Below are positions 18,167-28,940 of a DNA stretch of 64,000 bases, in pieces (within the stretch, counting starts at the first letter, position 1; the number at the start of each line of letters is the position of its first letter). Under the pieces are notes generated by a model. The model saw nothing but the letters and a program-made list of their open reading frames with translations, had not been told where the DNA came from and did not search any database. The position numbers and the translations under genes were made by a program. The stretch comes from Nanobdellota archaeon (lineage in GTDB: Archaea; Nanobdellota; Nanobdellia; Pacearchaeales; GW2011-AR1): NCBI GenBank assembly GCA_038045425.1, contig JBBSYD010000032.1, positions 36,417-100,416 of the forward strand, written 5' to 3'.

Positions 18167-19232
18167 ATGGAGAACACAAATAAACCGAGTAAGATTGTAG
18201 ATATAATCTGGAATATGAGTCTTGTGTGCCCATGGGATTGCAGTAACTGTTGCGTTGATGCGGTAAATGTAGTTTTTAATCAAAATAGAATAGTTTTAAG
18301 ATCGAATAATCTACAAGAAACTGAACATATATCTCAAAAAAAAAGGACAATCTCCCTTTGATCAGGTAACGAACCTCAGACAGTCGCGTGGAGAAGAACT
18401 CTCTTTTGAAGATAAATTACGAATATTGGAAAATTTAGAGGGTTTTGATGTTCGAATAAATTTTTCAGGAGGAGACCCCCTGGTAGTAAAAGAGAATATG
18501 AGGATAATCCGAAGGGCAACACAATATTTTGGAAAGGATAATCTTTCAATAAGCACAACTGGATATGGGCTATCATTTTATGATCCTAGTTCTATTATTC
18601 CTTTTGTTGGAAGAGTAAAAACTACTTTTGATGCTCCTTCAGATGTTGAAGTACCATATAGACCTAATGGATATAATAAATCTAATTTGGTACAGGGAAA
18701 AAGGTATGCACGAGCAGGAGCATATGTTGTTGTAGAAATTCCAATATCTAGATTTAATCATAATCCGAATTTGATTGAAAATATGTATTCTGAATTACAT
18801 GAAGCCGGTATCAGTGAAGCATATATTATGAAATCATTTCCAGTAGGAAGATGGGTTAAAGGATCTAATCAAATACTGGCTGATAATGAGTATACCAAAG
18901 CAATTGAGATATATAGAAGGCTAGAAAAGAAGTTTGTGAGTCCTAAATTATCCATTCAATATGCGTTGCAAGACGAATTAGTAAGTACATCGTTAGAAAA
19001 ATATATTTATAGAGGTTCTTTCGGAATAACCCCTAAAGGTCTTTTACTTACGAATGCTTGGGCCTTGAAAAATTGTGGTGATCCTTTAGGCGATGAGTTT
19101 GTCTTAGGAGATATGAGGTCAAATCGATTAGAAGAAATTCTCAAATCTCAAAGAGCAAGGGATAGTCTAACAGAACAACGAATTAGGCTAGGTCAAAATC
19201 AAGTAATAAAAAGAGAATTCTTAATAGTCTAA
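18167..19232 (+). pseudogene. radical SAM protein split by a frameshift in an A9 homopolymer (18336..18344)
   Basis: Frame 2 encodes CPWDCSNCC (CxxxCxxC) and ends at 18361. Frame 0 is open from 18300 and continues ...FSGGDPLVV (GGE/DP motif) to 19232. A 1-nt indel in the A9 run would fuse the two frames. Confidence 0.6.
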
Positions 19233-19342
19233 TTTAGTGCATAAATCACAATTATTTTTCAAGTTTTAATTCTCTCTGCTTTTTTATTTATTCGCAATAT
19301 TTTAATAGAAATTTATTAAATGCAATAGTTTTGTCACAGAGA

Positions 19343-20212
19343 TTAATTTGCCCAGGGAGATTTTTCTTTTATAGTTTCTAGATAAATTGAATTTGGAGGA
19401 TGTTGATTGCAAAGCTGAGTAAATTGTGATTTGATTTCTTGATTGGAATGAACTGAAGATTTTGCATTGGTAAATTGAATGAAACAATCAGGATTCTTTA
19501 GAGCTTGCCTGCCGAGCATTATTCCTTTTATGTTCTTTCTGTTTTCTGGAGAGATAAATTGGATTAGCTTATTTAGGTCTTGAGGTGAAGTTATGCCTCC
19601 GTTAAGGACTAGAGGGAGGTTGTATGAGGCAATTTCATTGAGAAGAGAATAATTGTATTCGCTTCTTGAGGATTCTTGGGCGTGTTTGAAATGAATTGTT
19701 ATATTTGTTAGATTGGGATGAATTTGATGAAGATTTTCTAATTCGCTTAGAATCGTAAAGATTTTTCTCTGTTTTACTTCTAGAGCATTTAATCCTAATC
19801 TTAGTTTTATTCCTATTTTGAATTTGTTTTGTTTGAGAAGAGTTGTAAGCAAAGAGATTACTTTTGTTGAACGTTTGATTAGAGCTGGGCCTTGGCCTAT
19901 GTTTATTAAATTATTTGATGGACAGGAACAATTTAATTGAATTCCGTAGATATTATCTTTTTCAGGATGCTCTTTTAATTCTTGTTCTAGTTTTTCTAGA
20001 AATTTTGAACACTCTGTCTCTTTGGAAGTGGCTATTTGAATCCATTGTCTTTGATTTGGAATAGGATAAGTATCAACTTCGTTCCAGGTATTTTTCCGTT
20101 TTATTAAATTTGTTAGACTTAACATTCCTGTGTATGAATCAGTGGCATTTTGACAGAGAGCACGAAATGCCCAGCAAGTTACATTTTCCATTGATGCGAG
20201 GTGGAGTTCCAT
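19343..20212 (-). CDS. dus: tRNA-dihydrouridine synthase (Dus family)
   Basis: LASMENVTCWAFRALC...TGML, GIQLNCSCPSNNL...GPALI and LNGGITSPQD align with Dus motifs (MAGVTD, GxDxNxGCP, NGGI). Confidence 0.8.
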   Translation of the reverse strand: MELHLASMENVTCWAFRALCQNATDSYTGMLSLTNLIKRKNTWNEVDTYPIPNQRQWIQIATSKETECSKFLEKLEQELKEHPEKDNIYGIQLNCSCPSNNLINIGQGPALIKRSTKVISLLTTLLKQNKFKIGIKLRLGLNALEVKQRKIFTILSELENLHQIHPNLTNITIHFKHAQESSRSEYNYSLLNEIASYNLPLVLNGGITSPQDLNKLIQFISPENRKNIKGIMLGRQALKNPDCFIQFTNAKSSVHSNQEIKSQFTQLCNQHPPNSIYLETIKEKSPWAN

Positions 20213-20317
20213 AAGAATAGAAATTAATTAGTGTATATATCCCTTTCTAGATAAGTAATAAATTCAAAGGAAATGTTTAAATAGTATATTAATCAATAGT
20301 TAATATATGTTAACTAA

Positions 20318-20917
20318 ATGGAAATATACCTATATAAGATGAAATCAGAATTAAGTGAAGCACAGAAAATTATCCTTAGACTATTCAGAGAACCGTTGAT
20401 TAGATATAATAGTAGAAATATAAGTCAAGAAGTGGGAATAAGTCATGCTGGAGCATTTAAGATATTAAAGAAATTAGCAGATAAGGATATTGTTAATCCT
20501 GAAAGAATAGGAAGAGCTGTTGTTTATACATTGAATAAGGAAAATCCTCTTTCTTTTAGGGAAGTTGAGATGGCATTGACCATTGAAGCTCAAGAACATA
20601 GAATCTGGCTTGAAGAATTTAAAAGTCTTGAAAATAAATCAGAATTTATTATTTTATTTGGTTCTATATTAGTAAATGAAAAAAATGCAAGAGATATAGA
20701 TTTGTTGGTTGTTGCAAATGAAGATAAGTTTAAGGAAATAAAGGATATTCTTAATGAGAGGAATAAAATACTTAACAAAAAAATACATCTTATTCTTCAA
20801 GAGCAGAAAGATTTTATGTTGGACTTAAACAATAAAAAAGGAGTTATTTGGGGTGCTATTAAGAAAGGCATTGTTTTATTTGGACAAGAGAAAATAAGTA
20901 AGATGGTGATAAAATGA
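20318..20917 (+). CDS. HTH plus nucleotidyltransferase-domain protein
   Basis: N-terminal wHTH. ILFGSILVNEKNARDIDLLVV is a nucleotidyltransferase (G[SG]...D.D) motif. Confidence 0.5.
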   Translation: MEIYLYKMKSELSEAQKIILRLFREPLIRYNSRNISQEVGISHAGAFKILKKLADKDIVNPERIGRAVVYTLNKENPLSFREVEMALTIEAQEHRIWLEEFKSLENKSEFIILFGSILVNEKNARDIDLLVVANEDKFKEIKDILNERNKILNKKIHLILQEQKDFMLDLNNKKGVIWGAIKKGIVLFGQEKISKMVIK

Positions 20918-20937
20918 GTCATTGCAAAAATTAAATC

Positions 20938-20977
20938 TGTCCAGTTTGAGCGAATTTTACCATTGCCTTTTCTAGGA
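20938..20977. repeat. 40-bp perfect direct repeat, copy 1 (tgtccagtttgagcgaattttaccattgccttttctagga)
   Basis: Identical to 21428..21467. Contains the TTG start of ORF 20963. Confidence 0.8.
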
Positions 20978-21373
20978 GTAGTTATAGAGAATTTTGATAA
21001 TCGTTTTATCCTTCCGCAAAATTACCTGCAAAAAGATTTAAATATTCTTGGGAAGCAAAGAATTATGGCAAAGTTATTTTTAACACATGTAGTTTTATCT
21101 GCTCCTGCTGGAACATACTGGACTGATGTTAAGTTTTTAACCCAAGAAGAAGGAAAACCAGGATATCATGTTGGAAGAGAATTAAATGAAACAATTCCTG
21201 AAGAGGAAGTTAGAAAGACTGAAGGAGGAAGAGTTTGGAGATTAGTGGCACCAGTAGAATTAGGTGATAATCAGAATGTATGGTTAGCTCCTAATGAAGA
21301 TAGATATTATGTTTCTGAAAAGGCACCTACTCTTAGATTTGGAGATGAAAAACCTATTCTTGCATTAAGTTAA
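20963..21373 (+). CDS. hypothetical protein, bracketed by the 40-bp direct repeats
   Basis: 136-aa ORF starting at TTG inside repeat copy 1. Confidence 0.4.
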   Translation: MPFLGVVIENFDNRFILPQNYLQKDLNILGKQRIMAKLFLTHVVLSAPAGTYWTDVKFLTQEEGKPGYHVGRELNETIPEEEVRKTEGGRVWRLVAPVELGDNQNVWLAPNEDRYYVSEKAPTLRFGDEKPILALS

Positions 21374-21427
21374 TAACCTTCCAATCGTATTTAATTCATT
21401 TATATTTTAGAAACAAATAATTAAACT

Positions 21428-21467
21428 TGTCCAGTTTGAGCGAATTTTACCATTGCCTTTTCTAGGA
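21428..21467. repeat. 40-bp perfect direct repeat, copy 2
   Basis: Identical to 20938..20977. Overlaps the 3' end of a 53-aa minus-strand ORF (about 21431..21592, MASTAPGAKKKRIDYNVDGAIFDNF...). Confidence 0.8.
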
Positions 21468-21704
21468 CAACTTGAGGGGCGTAGCCCATATTACTACATT
21501 TTTTCATGAAGTTATCAAATATTGCTCCATCGACATTGTAGTCAATTCTTTTTTTCTTTGCGCCAGGTGCTGTTGATGCCATAGATGATTGAGTTAAATT
21601 GGGTATTTAAATATGAGGTTATCTCCTTGAATTAAGTAATTTGAATATGATGCCCTTGAAAAGTTGTAGCTTAATTTTAAATATTTTAGGATATAATCTA
21701 ATTA

Positions 21705-21995
21705 ATGACATTAAATAAAAAAGATAGAAGGCATAGTGGACGAGTGACTCCATTATTAAATAAGGGAATTAAAAAGGAACTTTTGATTGAAGAAGGATTG
21801 GAACCGCAGGATTATTGGGATGACTGGAAAGATTATCGTGATGGTTTTAGAGGAGATAAAGACAGAAAGATGATTAGAAATGAAAATGCTCGTTGGACGA
21901 AATATTTTGACGTTAAAAGATGGAATAAAAAATTGAAAGGATTAATCTCTCGAAGAAGAGTAAGAAAGTTGAAAATAAAGTTTCAAAACCCTTAA
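21705..21995 (+). CDS. hypothetical basic protein
   Basis: 96-aa ORF. Confidence 0.35.
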   Translation: MTLNKKDRRHSGRVTPLLNKGIKKELLIEEGLEPQDYWDDWKDYRDGFRGDKDRKMIRNENARWTKYFDVKRWNKKLKGLISRRRVRKLKIKFQNP

Positions 21996-22019
21996 AAACT
22001 AGGAGAATATAGTAAAAAT

Positions 22020-22310
22020 ATGAGTGAAGAGATAAATAAAATAAAGCAAAAGATAGTTCCAGTGCTTAGAGCACACAAAGTTAGCAAGGCAGGGATTTTT
22101 GGTAGCTATGCAAGAGGAGAACAAAAAAAGAAGAGTGATGTAGATATTTTAGTTGAGATACCTGATGATAGAAGTCTTTTTGGAGTGATTGAATTAAAAA
22201 TCGCACTTGAAAAAGCGTTAAGAAGAAAAGTAGATTTAGTTGAATATGAATTAATAAGAAAAGAGCTCCGAAAAAATATACTCCATGATGAGATACCTGT
22301 GGAACTATGA
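22020..22310 (+). CDS. nucleotidyltransferase (MNT-type antitoxin)
   Basis: GIFGSYARGEQKKKSDVDILVE. A 4-bp overlap with the downstream HepT gene indicates an operon. Confidence 0.7.
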   Translation: MSEEINKIKQKIVPVLRAHKVSKAGIFGSYARGEQKKKSDVDILVEIPDDRSLFGVIELKIALEKALRRKVDLVEYELIRKELRKNILHDEIPVEL

Positions 22311-22642
22311 AAAGAGATTATAGATTATATGTTGATGACATTAGGGCTTGCATTTTGACTATTGAAGATTATTTAAAAGATATTTCAGAAAATGATTTTA
22401 AAAACAATATTGAAAAGCAAGATGCTGTAATTAGAAGAATTGAAATAATTGGAGAAGCAAGTAGAAATATTCCTCGTGCATTAAAGGAAGTAAATCGAGA
22501 TATTCCTTGGGAGATACTTGCTAATTTTAGAAATTATATTGCACATTCGTACTTTGAAACAAGTTTAGATAGGATATGGAAAATTGCAAAGTATGATATT
22601 CCTAAGTTAAAATTGCTATTTAGAAAAATAAGATTAGTCTAG
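22307..22642 (+). CDS. HepT/DUF86 family toxin (HEPN)
   Basis: FRNYIAHSY carries the R-x4-HxY HEPN motif. Confidence 0.7.
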   Translation: MKRDYRLYVDDIRACILTIEDYLKDISENDFKNNIEKQDAVIRRIEIIGEASRNIPRALKEVNRDIPWEILANFRNYIAHSYFETSLDRIWKIAKYDIPKLKLLFRKIRLV

Positions 22643-22687
22643 TCTCCTAATAAATAGTTATTTATACTCTAAATAATATCTGTAATT

Positions 22688-22825
22688 ATGAGTAAGCCAA
22701 AAAATAAGTGTATACAATGTGGAAAGACTATCGAAGGAGATATTAGGTGCAATTCTTGCAAGACAAGGAATAAGCATGCTTCGCCTAATCAGATGAGAAG
22801 GACTTTTAAAGGGAAGAAGATTTAG
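22688..22825 (+). CDS. small zinc-ribbon protein (45 aa)
   Basis: MSKPKNKCIQCGKTIEGDIRCNSCKTRNKH has CxxC...CxxC. Below the ORF-track cutoff. Confidence 0.3.
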   Translation: MSKPKNKCIQCGKTIEGDIRCNSCKTRNKHASPNQMRRTFKGKKI

Positions 22826-22835
22826 AGAATATTTC

Positions 22836-23873
22836 TTATTTCTTTCTTATATTTATATCTAAATGAGGATAGGGTATTTCTATCTTATTCTTATTGAGTG
22901 CATTGTAAATCTTAGTGTTTGCTTCGTCTATTGAGGGCCATCTGTCATCGTAATGACTTACAAAGAAATATAATTTAAAGTTGAGTGAAGATTCTGCCAT
23001 TTCTATAAATCTAACAACTGGTTCTGGAGATTTACAGACTTTAGAAATTGAGGAAACTTCTCTAAGAATTAGTTTCTTTACTTTTTCTATATTTGAACCA
23101 TAGGCTACTGAAAATGGAATTACTACTCTAGATTTTGGTTCTGGAAGAGAAACGTTTTGAATCTTACTTTCTGCAAGTTTAGTGTTTGGAATTATTATTA
23201 ATTCGTTATCGAATGTTCTGATTTTAGTGCTACGAAAACCTACGGATTCTATGACTCCTTTTGTATCTGCATCTATGTATACTAGGTCTCCTACCCTGAC
23301 TGTTTTATCTAGAATCATAGATACTCCTGAAAAGATATTACTGAGAATTGGTTGAAGAGCTAGTGCAATTGCTAAACCTGCGATGCCTAACCCGGCTAAG
23401 AACGGACCTACTTGAACTCCCCAGAAGTCTAAAATATATAGAATTGAGATAACAATTAAAGCTATTTTGAGAGTATTTTGGATTATGGAAACTAATCCGT
23501 CATCTATCTGAGTCTTTGTTTTAGTTATGAATTTTTTAGTTGCGTTGAATATAATTATGTCAAGTACTAAGAATAGTACATAAGCTAAGTTTAGTATTAT
23601 TAATGTTGAAATAGATTTTGACAATATTAAAGATAAAGGGTCTGAGAGAACAAGTTGTTCTAGAGAGATTCTAAGACTTATGAAAAATAACCAAAAGGTA
23701 AGGGGCCAACGAGATTTATTTATTAATAAATCGTCAAGATTAGTTTTTGTTTTTGATGCTGCTTTTTGGGCTATTAAAAAGAAGATAAATAGGGCAAATC
23801 TGAATATTAATAATGTTCCAACTAAAACTGCTAACGCCCGGAGATATTGATTTGAAATAAATTCTTCTAACAT
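22836..23873 (-). CDS. mechanosensitive ion channel, MscS family
   Basis: TM helices followed by GDLVYIDADTKGVIESVGFRSTKIRTFDNELIIIPN (MscS beta domain). Start set to the internal Met (MLEEF...) to avoid overlap with the plus-strand gene. Confidence 0.7.
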   Translation of the reverse strand: MLEEFISNQYLRALAVLVGTLLIFRFALFIFFLIAQKAASKTKTNLDDLLINKSRWPLTFWLFFISLRISLEQLVLSDPLSLILSKSISTLIILNLAYVLFLVLDIIIFNATKKFITKTKTQIDDGLVSIIQNTLKIALIVISILYILDFWGVQVGPFLAGLGIAGLAIALALQPILSNIFSGVSMILDKTVRVGDLVYIDADTKGVIESVGFRSTKIRTFDNELIIIPNTKLAESKIQNVSLPEPKSRVVIPFSVAYGSNIEKVKKLILREVSSISKVCKSPEPVVRFIEMAESSLNFKLYFFVSHYDDRWPSIDEANTKIYNALNKNKIEIPYPHLDINIRKK

Positions 23874-23948
23874 GAAGTTATATGTCTTTAGTGAGCTTAA
23901 AAGCTTTTTGAAAGTAAAGTCTAAAAAGGGGGGTTTACTGATAACTGG

Positions 23949-24260
23949 ATGATAACTGTAACCACTATGGATATACCTGGAAAGAAGATTACTAAGACTT
24001 TGGGAATTGTAAAAGGGAATACTGTAAGAACTAGGTGGATAGGAAGTAATATTGTTGCTGGATTGAGAACTCTTATTGGAGGAGAAATACCTGAATATTC
24101 TGATTTGCTTATTCACGCAAGAGAACAGGCACAGGAAAGGATGGAAGCTGAAGCAAAGAAGATGGGTGCTGATGCAGTTGTGAATGTTAGATTTACTATA
24201 TCTGAAGTTCTGGCAAGTGTTATAGAGATTTTGGCGTATGGGACTGCGGTTAAGTTCTAG
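23949..24260 (+). CDS. YbjQ/DUF74 (UPF0145) family protein
   Basis: MITVTTMDIPGKKITKTLGIVKGNTV...GADAVVNVRF is the typical YbjQ pattern. Confidence 0.6.
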   Translation: MITVTTMDIPGKKITKTLGIVKGNTVRTRWIGSNIVAGLRTLIGGEIPEYSDLLIHAREQAQERMEAEAKKMGADAVVNVRFTISEVLASVIEILAYGTAVKF

Positions 24261-24299
24261 GATATAAATATTTAAGAATATAAGTTTATCAAGAATTTT

Positions 24300-24689
24300 A
24301 TGAAAGTTTTGTTGGCAGTAAATTATAGTCCTGCAACTGGGGCTTTAAGGGATATGATTAATTTAAATAAAGATACTCCAATTATTTATCCTGCGAGAGA
24401 ATATGATTCTAAATTAATGTATAGAGTTTTGAGAGAACATTCTCCATCAAGAGTTTTAATGGATATTAATTATGGATTACCTGGAAAGGTTAATATTTTT
24501 CCTGTAAGAAACACGGCTAAATTGATGAAACTAATTGGATTAGATATACAAACACAATTACTTGGAATAGGCGAAACAGTTGAGCTTGTTAATTTAGTTA
24601 ATGGAATAGGGATTCCTACAATAAGCAAAAGTATAGAATCCGCTAAAAAAATGTCTGCTTTTTTGAAAGGCGTGATGTTGGTTGTTTAA
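24300..24689 (+). CDS. hypothetical protein
   Basis: 129-aa ORF. Confidence 0.4.
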   Translation: MKVLLAVNYSPATGALRDMINLNKDTPIIYPAREYDSKLMYRVLREHSPSRVLMDINYGLPGKVNIFPVRNTAKLMKLIGLDIQTQLLGIGETVELVNLVNGIGIPTISKSIESAKKMSAFLKGVMLVV

Positions 24690-24694
24690 AGTCC

Positions 24695-25165
24695 TTAATC
24701 CAAATTAACAAATTCTGATTTCATTTGTTTTAATGAAGTTAGAGATGTGGTTTTTGAGAATTTGAATCTTTGAATCCAACCTTTTACGACTGCATAATAT
24801 TCATCTATATCTTTCGTTCTTAATTTCACGAGGAGTTCATAGTCTCCAGTGCAAACATCAATACTTTCAACTTTTGGATCTTTTGCAAGTTCCTTGGCTA
24901 CTGTTTCAGGATTTCCATAGCTGTCTATTGAAACGTTAATGAAAACATATGTGCAGTGTCCTTCTCCAATTTTTTTGTAATCGAAAACTGCCTTATAGGT
25001 TTTTATGGCTCCTTCATTTTCCATTCTCTTAATGTTGTAATGAATTGTGGTTGAAGGTTCTTTGAGCTTCTTAGCGACTTGAGAAATTAATGGAGTACAA
25101 TATCCTTCTTTGAATAGTTCTATCAGTCTTGGTTCAATATCTTTCATAATTCGTATAATATTCAA
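24695..25165 (-). CDS. Lrp/AsnC family transcriptional regulator
   Basis: N-terminal HTH_AsnC (RLIELFKEGYCTPLISQVAKKLKEPSTTIHYNIKRMENEG) followed by a RAM domain. Confidence 0.7.
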   Translation of the reverse strand: MNIIRIMKDIEPRLIELFKEGYCTPLISQVAKKLKEPSTTIHYNIKRMENEGAIKTYKAVFDYKKIGEGHCTYVFINVSIDSYGNPETVAKELAKDPKVESIDVCTGDYELLVKLRTKDIDEYYAVVKGWIQRFKFSKTTSLTSLKQMKSEFVNLD

Positions 25166-25240
25166 CTATTTATATACTTTTTGGTGTTTATTCGTATATT
25201 CTACGATTATAACTATATAGGTAATTTTACTTGGAAATGT

Positions 25241-26266
25241 ATGGAAAATGAAATTAATGACTTGAGAATAAAGATAGATAGCATTGACTCTAAGCTTGTT
25301 AATCTTTTGGATGAAAGATTAGAGATCGCTGTTGCCATCGGAGAAATAAAGAAGAAGATGAAACTTGGAGTGGAACAAAATGGTAGAGAGGATAGAGTAC
25401 TTGAAAGAGCAATGACTGCCAAGCATCCTGAATCAATGGTTTCTATTTTTCAAAATATAATGGATTCATCTAAAGTTGAGCAGGCAAAAATGGCAAAGGC
25501 TGAAAATTTTGATATGAATTTGAATGTTGGCGTAATGGGTTTTGGAATGTTTGGGCAATTTCTTGCTAGAAATATAAAATCAAGATGTAACGTTGAAGTT
25601 TGGGATATTGTTGACAAATCTAGAGAAGCTAAAGAATTGGGTGTTAAATTTGTATCATTTGAAAAGATTGCTAAAAATAAAATTGTAATTCTTGCCATGC
25701 CTATGGAATCTGTTGAGGAAATTTTGGATAAACTAAAGAATAAGCTAGAAAAAGGTACATTGGTTATGGATATTTGTTCTTTGAAGGGGTTTGTTTGTAA
25801 ATTAATGAAAGAAAAATTACCTTCTTCTGTGGATGTTTTGGGTACACATCCCCTATTCGGACCTCAGTCTGCTAAATTTGGGATAAGCGGAGCAAAAATT
25901 GTTCTTTGCCCTGTGAAAATTGGAGAGGAAAGACTTTCAAAAGTTAAAGAATTTTGTGAATCTCTCGGGCTTAATGTATTTTTGGCTTCTCCTGAAGAAC
26001 ATGATAAACAAATGGCTGCATCACAAGCGTTGACTCACTTTGTTGGCCAGGCAATAAATCAGAGTGGAATTAAAAGAGTAGAATGGTCTACAAAAACATT
26101 TGATAGTCTTATGAATATTGCAGATATAATTAGGAAGGATTCTCCAGAAATGGTTCGGAATATTCAAACATTGAATCCATTTGCAAAAGATATGAGAAGA
26201 AAATTCATTGATGAAGTTAAAAAAATTGAGACAGAATTAAATTGTTTAGAAGAAAAACATGAGTAA
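25241..26266 (+). CDS. tyrA: bifunctional chorismate mutase / prephenate dehydrogenase (TyrA)
   Basis: AroQ-type CM (LRIKIDSIDSKLVNLLDERLEIAVAIGEIK) followed by an NAD-binding VGVMGFGMFGQ and LGTHPLFGP (prephenate dehydrogenase). Confidence 0.75.
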   Translation: MENEINDLRIKIDSIDSKLVNLLDERLEIAVAIGEIKKKMKLGVEQNGREDRVLERAMTAKHPESMVSIFQNIMDSSKVEQAKMAKAENFDMNLNVGVMGFGMFGQFLARNIKSRCNVEVWDIVDKSREAKELGVKFVSFEKIAKNKIVILAMPMESVEEILDKLKNKLEKGTLVMDICSLKGFVCKLMKEKLPSSVDVLGTHPLFGPQSAKFGISGAKIVLCPVKIGEERLSKVKEFCESLGLNVFLASPEEHDKQMAASQALTHFVGQAINQSGIKRVEWSTKTFDSLMNIADIIRKDSPEMVRNIQTLNPFAKDMRRKFIDEVKKIETELNCLEEKHE

Positions 26267-26739
26267 AAGATTGACAAAAATAGTATATTTGAAAATAATT
26301 GATGAGCCTGAAGTTAGTAAAATAGAAGGAGATAAACGAGGATATTCTGATGGAAAAGGATTGGAAAATCAAGTTGTGAAAGGTAATATCTGCAAACATA
26401 TTGAAATTCTTCCCTATGTTCATGGATTTTGCCCGTTCTGTGATTTGAGAGTAGAATAATAGAAATTACTCAAACAAAAGGTTTAAAAACAATTTATAGC
26501 TTCGAGAAATAACTAAATAACCTTTTAAAAAGATGGCAAAAGACACCAAAAAAAGGAAAGAAGAAGCAGAAGAGTCTGAAGAAGACTTAGATGTATCTTC
26601 CGACAGCTTTAAGGACCTTGAAGAAGACCTCGAAGAAGAAGAGTCTGAAGACGAAGGCTGGTAACGCCTAGTTAAATTTTTATTTTTTAATTAGTTTAGT
26701 AGTTTTAACTTTAGTTTGGAGTTGTTAAAATTATATTAG

Positions 26740-27048
26740 TTAGATGTTTGGATAGTTAGTTATAATTTTAGTTATTTCTGATTGTGGAAGAAGTGCTATT
26801 TCTAATCCTTCAACGCTCCAACCATTGGGAGCGGATTCTCTACTTAGAACTTCTTGAGGATTTACTTTATTTCCAGTTGTTGCATCAAATAGTTGCCTAT
26901 CCGTTCCAATTACTAATAATCGTTCATTGCCTGAAAAATTTTCGTAGTTATAAACTCTAATTGCTCTTCCCGGCCTACATAAACGTTCATTAGCTAAAAC
27001 TTCGCTAAATCCTTCAGGTCCTTTATAAAATGGAGGAGGTTCATACAT
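26740..27048 (-). CDS. hypothetical protein
   Basis: 102-aa ORF. Confidence 0.4.
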   Translation of the reverse strand: MYEPPPFYKGPEGFSEVLANERLCRPGRAIRVYNYENFSGNERLLVIGTDRQLFDATTGNKVNPQEVLSRESAPNGWSVEGLEIALLPQSEITKIITNYPNI

Positions 27049-27353
27049 GGAGAATTTATTTAATATAGGTATTTAAGAACTTATATTGCGATTCTTAGTA
27101 TAAAAAACATAAAGAGCGAGATATAATTGGAAGTTATTATCTGATGTTTGATTGAGATAGTTTAATGTGTTAATAATATTTTATTGCGGGAGCATAGGTA
27201 TTATTGAGTTGGATTTTGTATTGAATTGTTATAATTGTGTTAACTTGGATTTATTGTTTAATTTGATTAAATCTAATTATACTCAATTAGGTAATTATGT
27301 TCTGGATAGTTTAGTATAATTATGTTTAAAAGTTGAAATGCAAGAAGAAATGA

Positions 27354-28940
27354 ATGGTTGGAGAGACTGGACTTTCGGATAATGTGAATAGAACTTTGGG
27401 AAAAGATGCACAGAGAAATAATATCGCGGCTGCGAGAATTGTAGCAGATATTGTAAAGACAACACTTGGACCAAAGGGAATGGATAAAATGCTTGTTGAT
27501 GGTAATGGAAATATAATTGTAACTAATGATGGAGTTACTATATTAGAAGAATTGGATATTGAACATCCTGCCGCAAAAATGATGGTTGATATTGCAAAGA
27601 CTCAAGAGCTTGAAGTTGGAGATGGGACTACTACTGCGGCATTATTGGCTGGAAAATTGCTTGAAAATGCAGAATATTTGTTGGATAAGAAGGTTCACCC
27701 TACAATTATTGTTAAAGGATATAAGAAAGCAAGTGAACAAGCAATTAATTTTCTTAAACAATTGGCAAGTAAAGTGGATGATGATAATATTTTGAGACAA
27801 ATTGCTATGACTGCTATGACTGGAAAGGGAGCAGAAGGACATAAGGAAATTCTTGCAGATATTATTGTAAATGCTGTTAAAACTGTATCAAACGGAAATG
27901 AAGTTTATATTGGTGATATTAATATAGAAAAGAGAAAGGGAGAAAGTATAAGTGAAACTGAATTAATTAGAGGAATTGTTATAGGGAAGGAGAGAGCGAA
28001 TATAGAAATGCCTTTAAGAGTTGATAATGCTAAGGTGTTATTGGTTGATTTTCCAATTGAATTGAAGAATCCTGAAACTGAAGCTAAGATTTCTGTTTCA
28101 AGTCCTGAACAACTTGAGATGTTTATTAGAGCAGAGGAAAATTATATTAGAGATTTAGTGGATAAGATTGTTTTGTCTGGGGCGAGTGTAGTATTTTGTC
28201 AAAAGGGGATTGATGATGTTGCTCAGTATTATCTTGCTCAGGCAGGAATATTTGCTTGCAGAAGAGTAACAAGAACTCAGATGGAAAGATTGGCAAGGGC
28301 TACTTCGGCAAAGATAATCTCGAATGTAAATGACGTTAATTTAACTATTTTAGGAGGAGCAGAGAAAGTTGAAGAGATAAAACAAGGAGATGAGTCTTTT
28401 ATTTATATTAAGGGATGTAAAAATCCTAAGGCAGTTACTATTGTTGTTAGAGCAGGAAGTAATCATGTTATGGATGAATTGGAAAGAGCATTGAATGATG
28501 GAATTGGAGATGTGGTGTCTGCGGTTAAATCTGATGCGGTTGTTGCAGGTGGGGGAGCAATTGAAATGGAATTGTCTAGGGCGTTACAAATATATGCCAA
28601 AAGTATTGGAGGAAAAGAGCAATTGGCAATTGAAGCATTTGCGAAATCTCTTGAAAGCATTCCTGAAACCTTAGCAGAGAATGCTGGGCTTGACCCTTTG
28701 GAAATTTTATCATATATGAGAAAACAACATGAAGCTGGAAATGCAAGAGCTGGATTGAATTTGTTTACTGAAAAAGTTGAAGATACTTTTATAGCTGGAA
28801 TTATTGAACCAGTTAAGGTAAAGAGCCAGGCAATAATGTCTGCGAGCGAAGTTGCTACAATGATTTTGAGAATTGATGACGTTCTTGTTAGAAAACCTGA
28901 ACATGCTAAGCAATTGAAAGAATATGATGAAGATGATTAA
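27354..28940 (+). CDS. ths: thermosome subunit (group II chaperonin)
   Basis: [31 protein letters not shown]...[22 protein letters not shown] and a GGGA nucleotide-binding region. Confidence 0.9.
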   Translation: MVGETGLSDNVNRTLGKDAQRNNIAAARIVADIVKTTLGPKGMDKMLVDGNGNIIVTNDGVTILEELDIEHPAAKMMVDIAKTQELEVGDGTTTAALLAGKLLENAEYLLDKKVHPTIIVKGYKKASEQAINFLKQLASKVDDDNILRQIAMTAMTGKGAEGHKEILADIIVNAVKTVSNGNEVYIGDINIEKRKGESISETELIRGIVIGKERANIEMPLRVDNAKVLLVDFPIELKNPETEAKISVSSPEQLEMFIRAEENYIRDLVDKIVLSGASVVFCQKGIDDVAQYYLAQAGIFACRRVTRTQMERLARATSAKIISNVNDVNLTILGGAEKVEEIKQGDESFIYIKGCKNPKAVTIVVRAGSNHVMDELERALNDGIGDVVSAVKSDAVVAGGGAIEMELSRALQIYAKSIGGKEQLAIEAFAKSLESIPETLAENAGLDPLEILSYMRKQHEAGNARAGLNLFTEKVEDTFIAGIIEPVKVKSQAIMSASEVATMILRIDDVLVRKPEHAKQLKEYDEDD

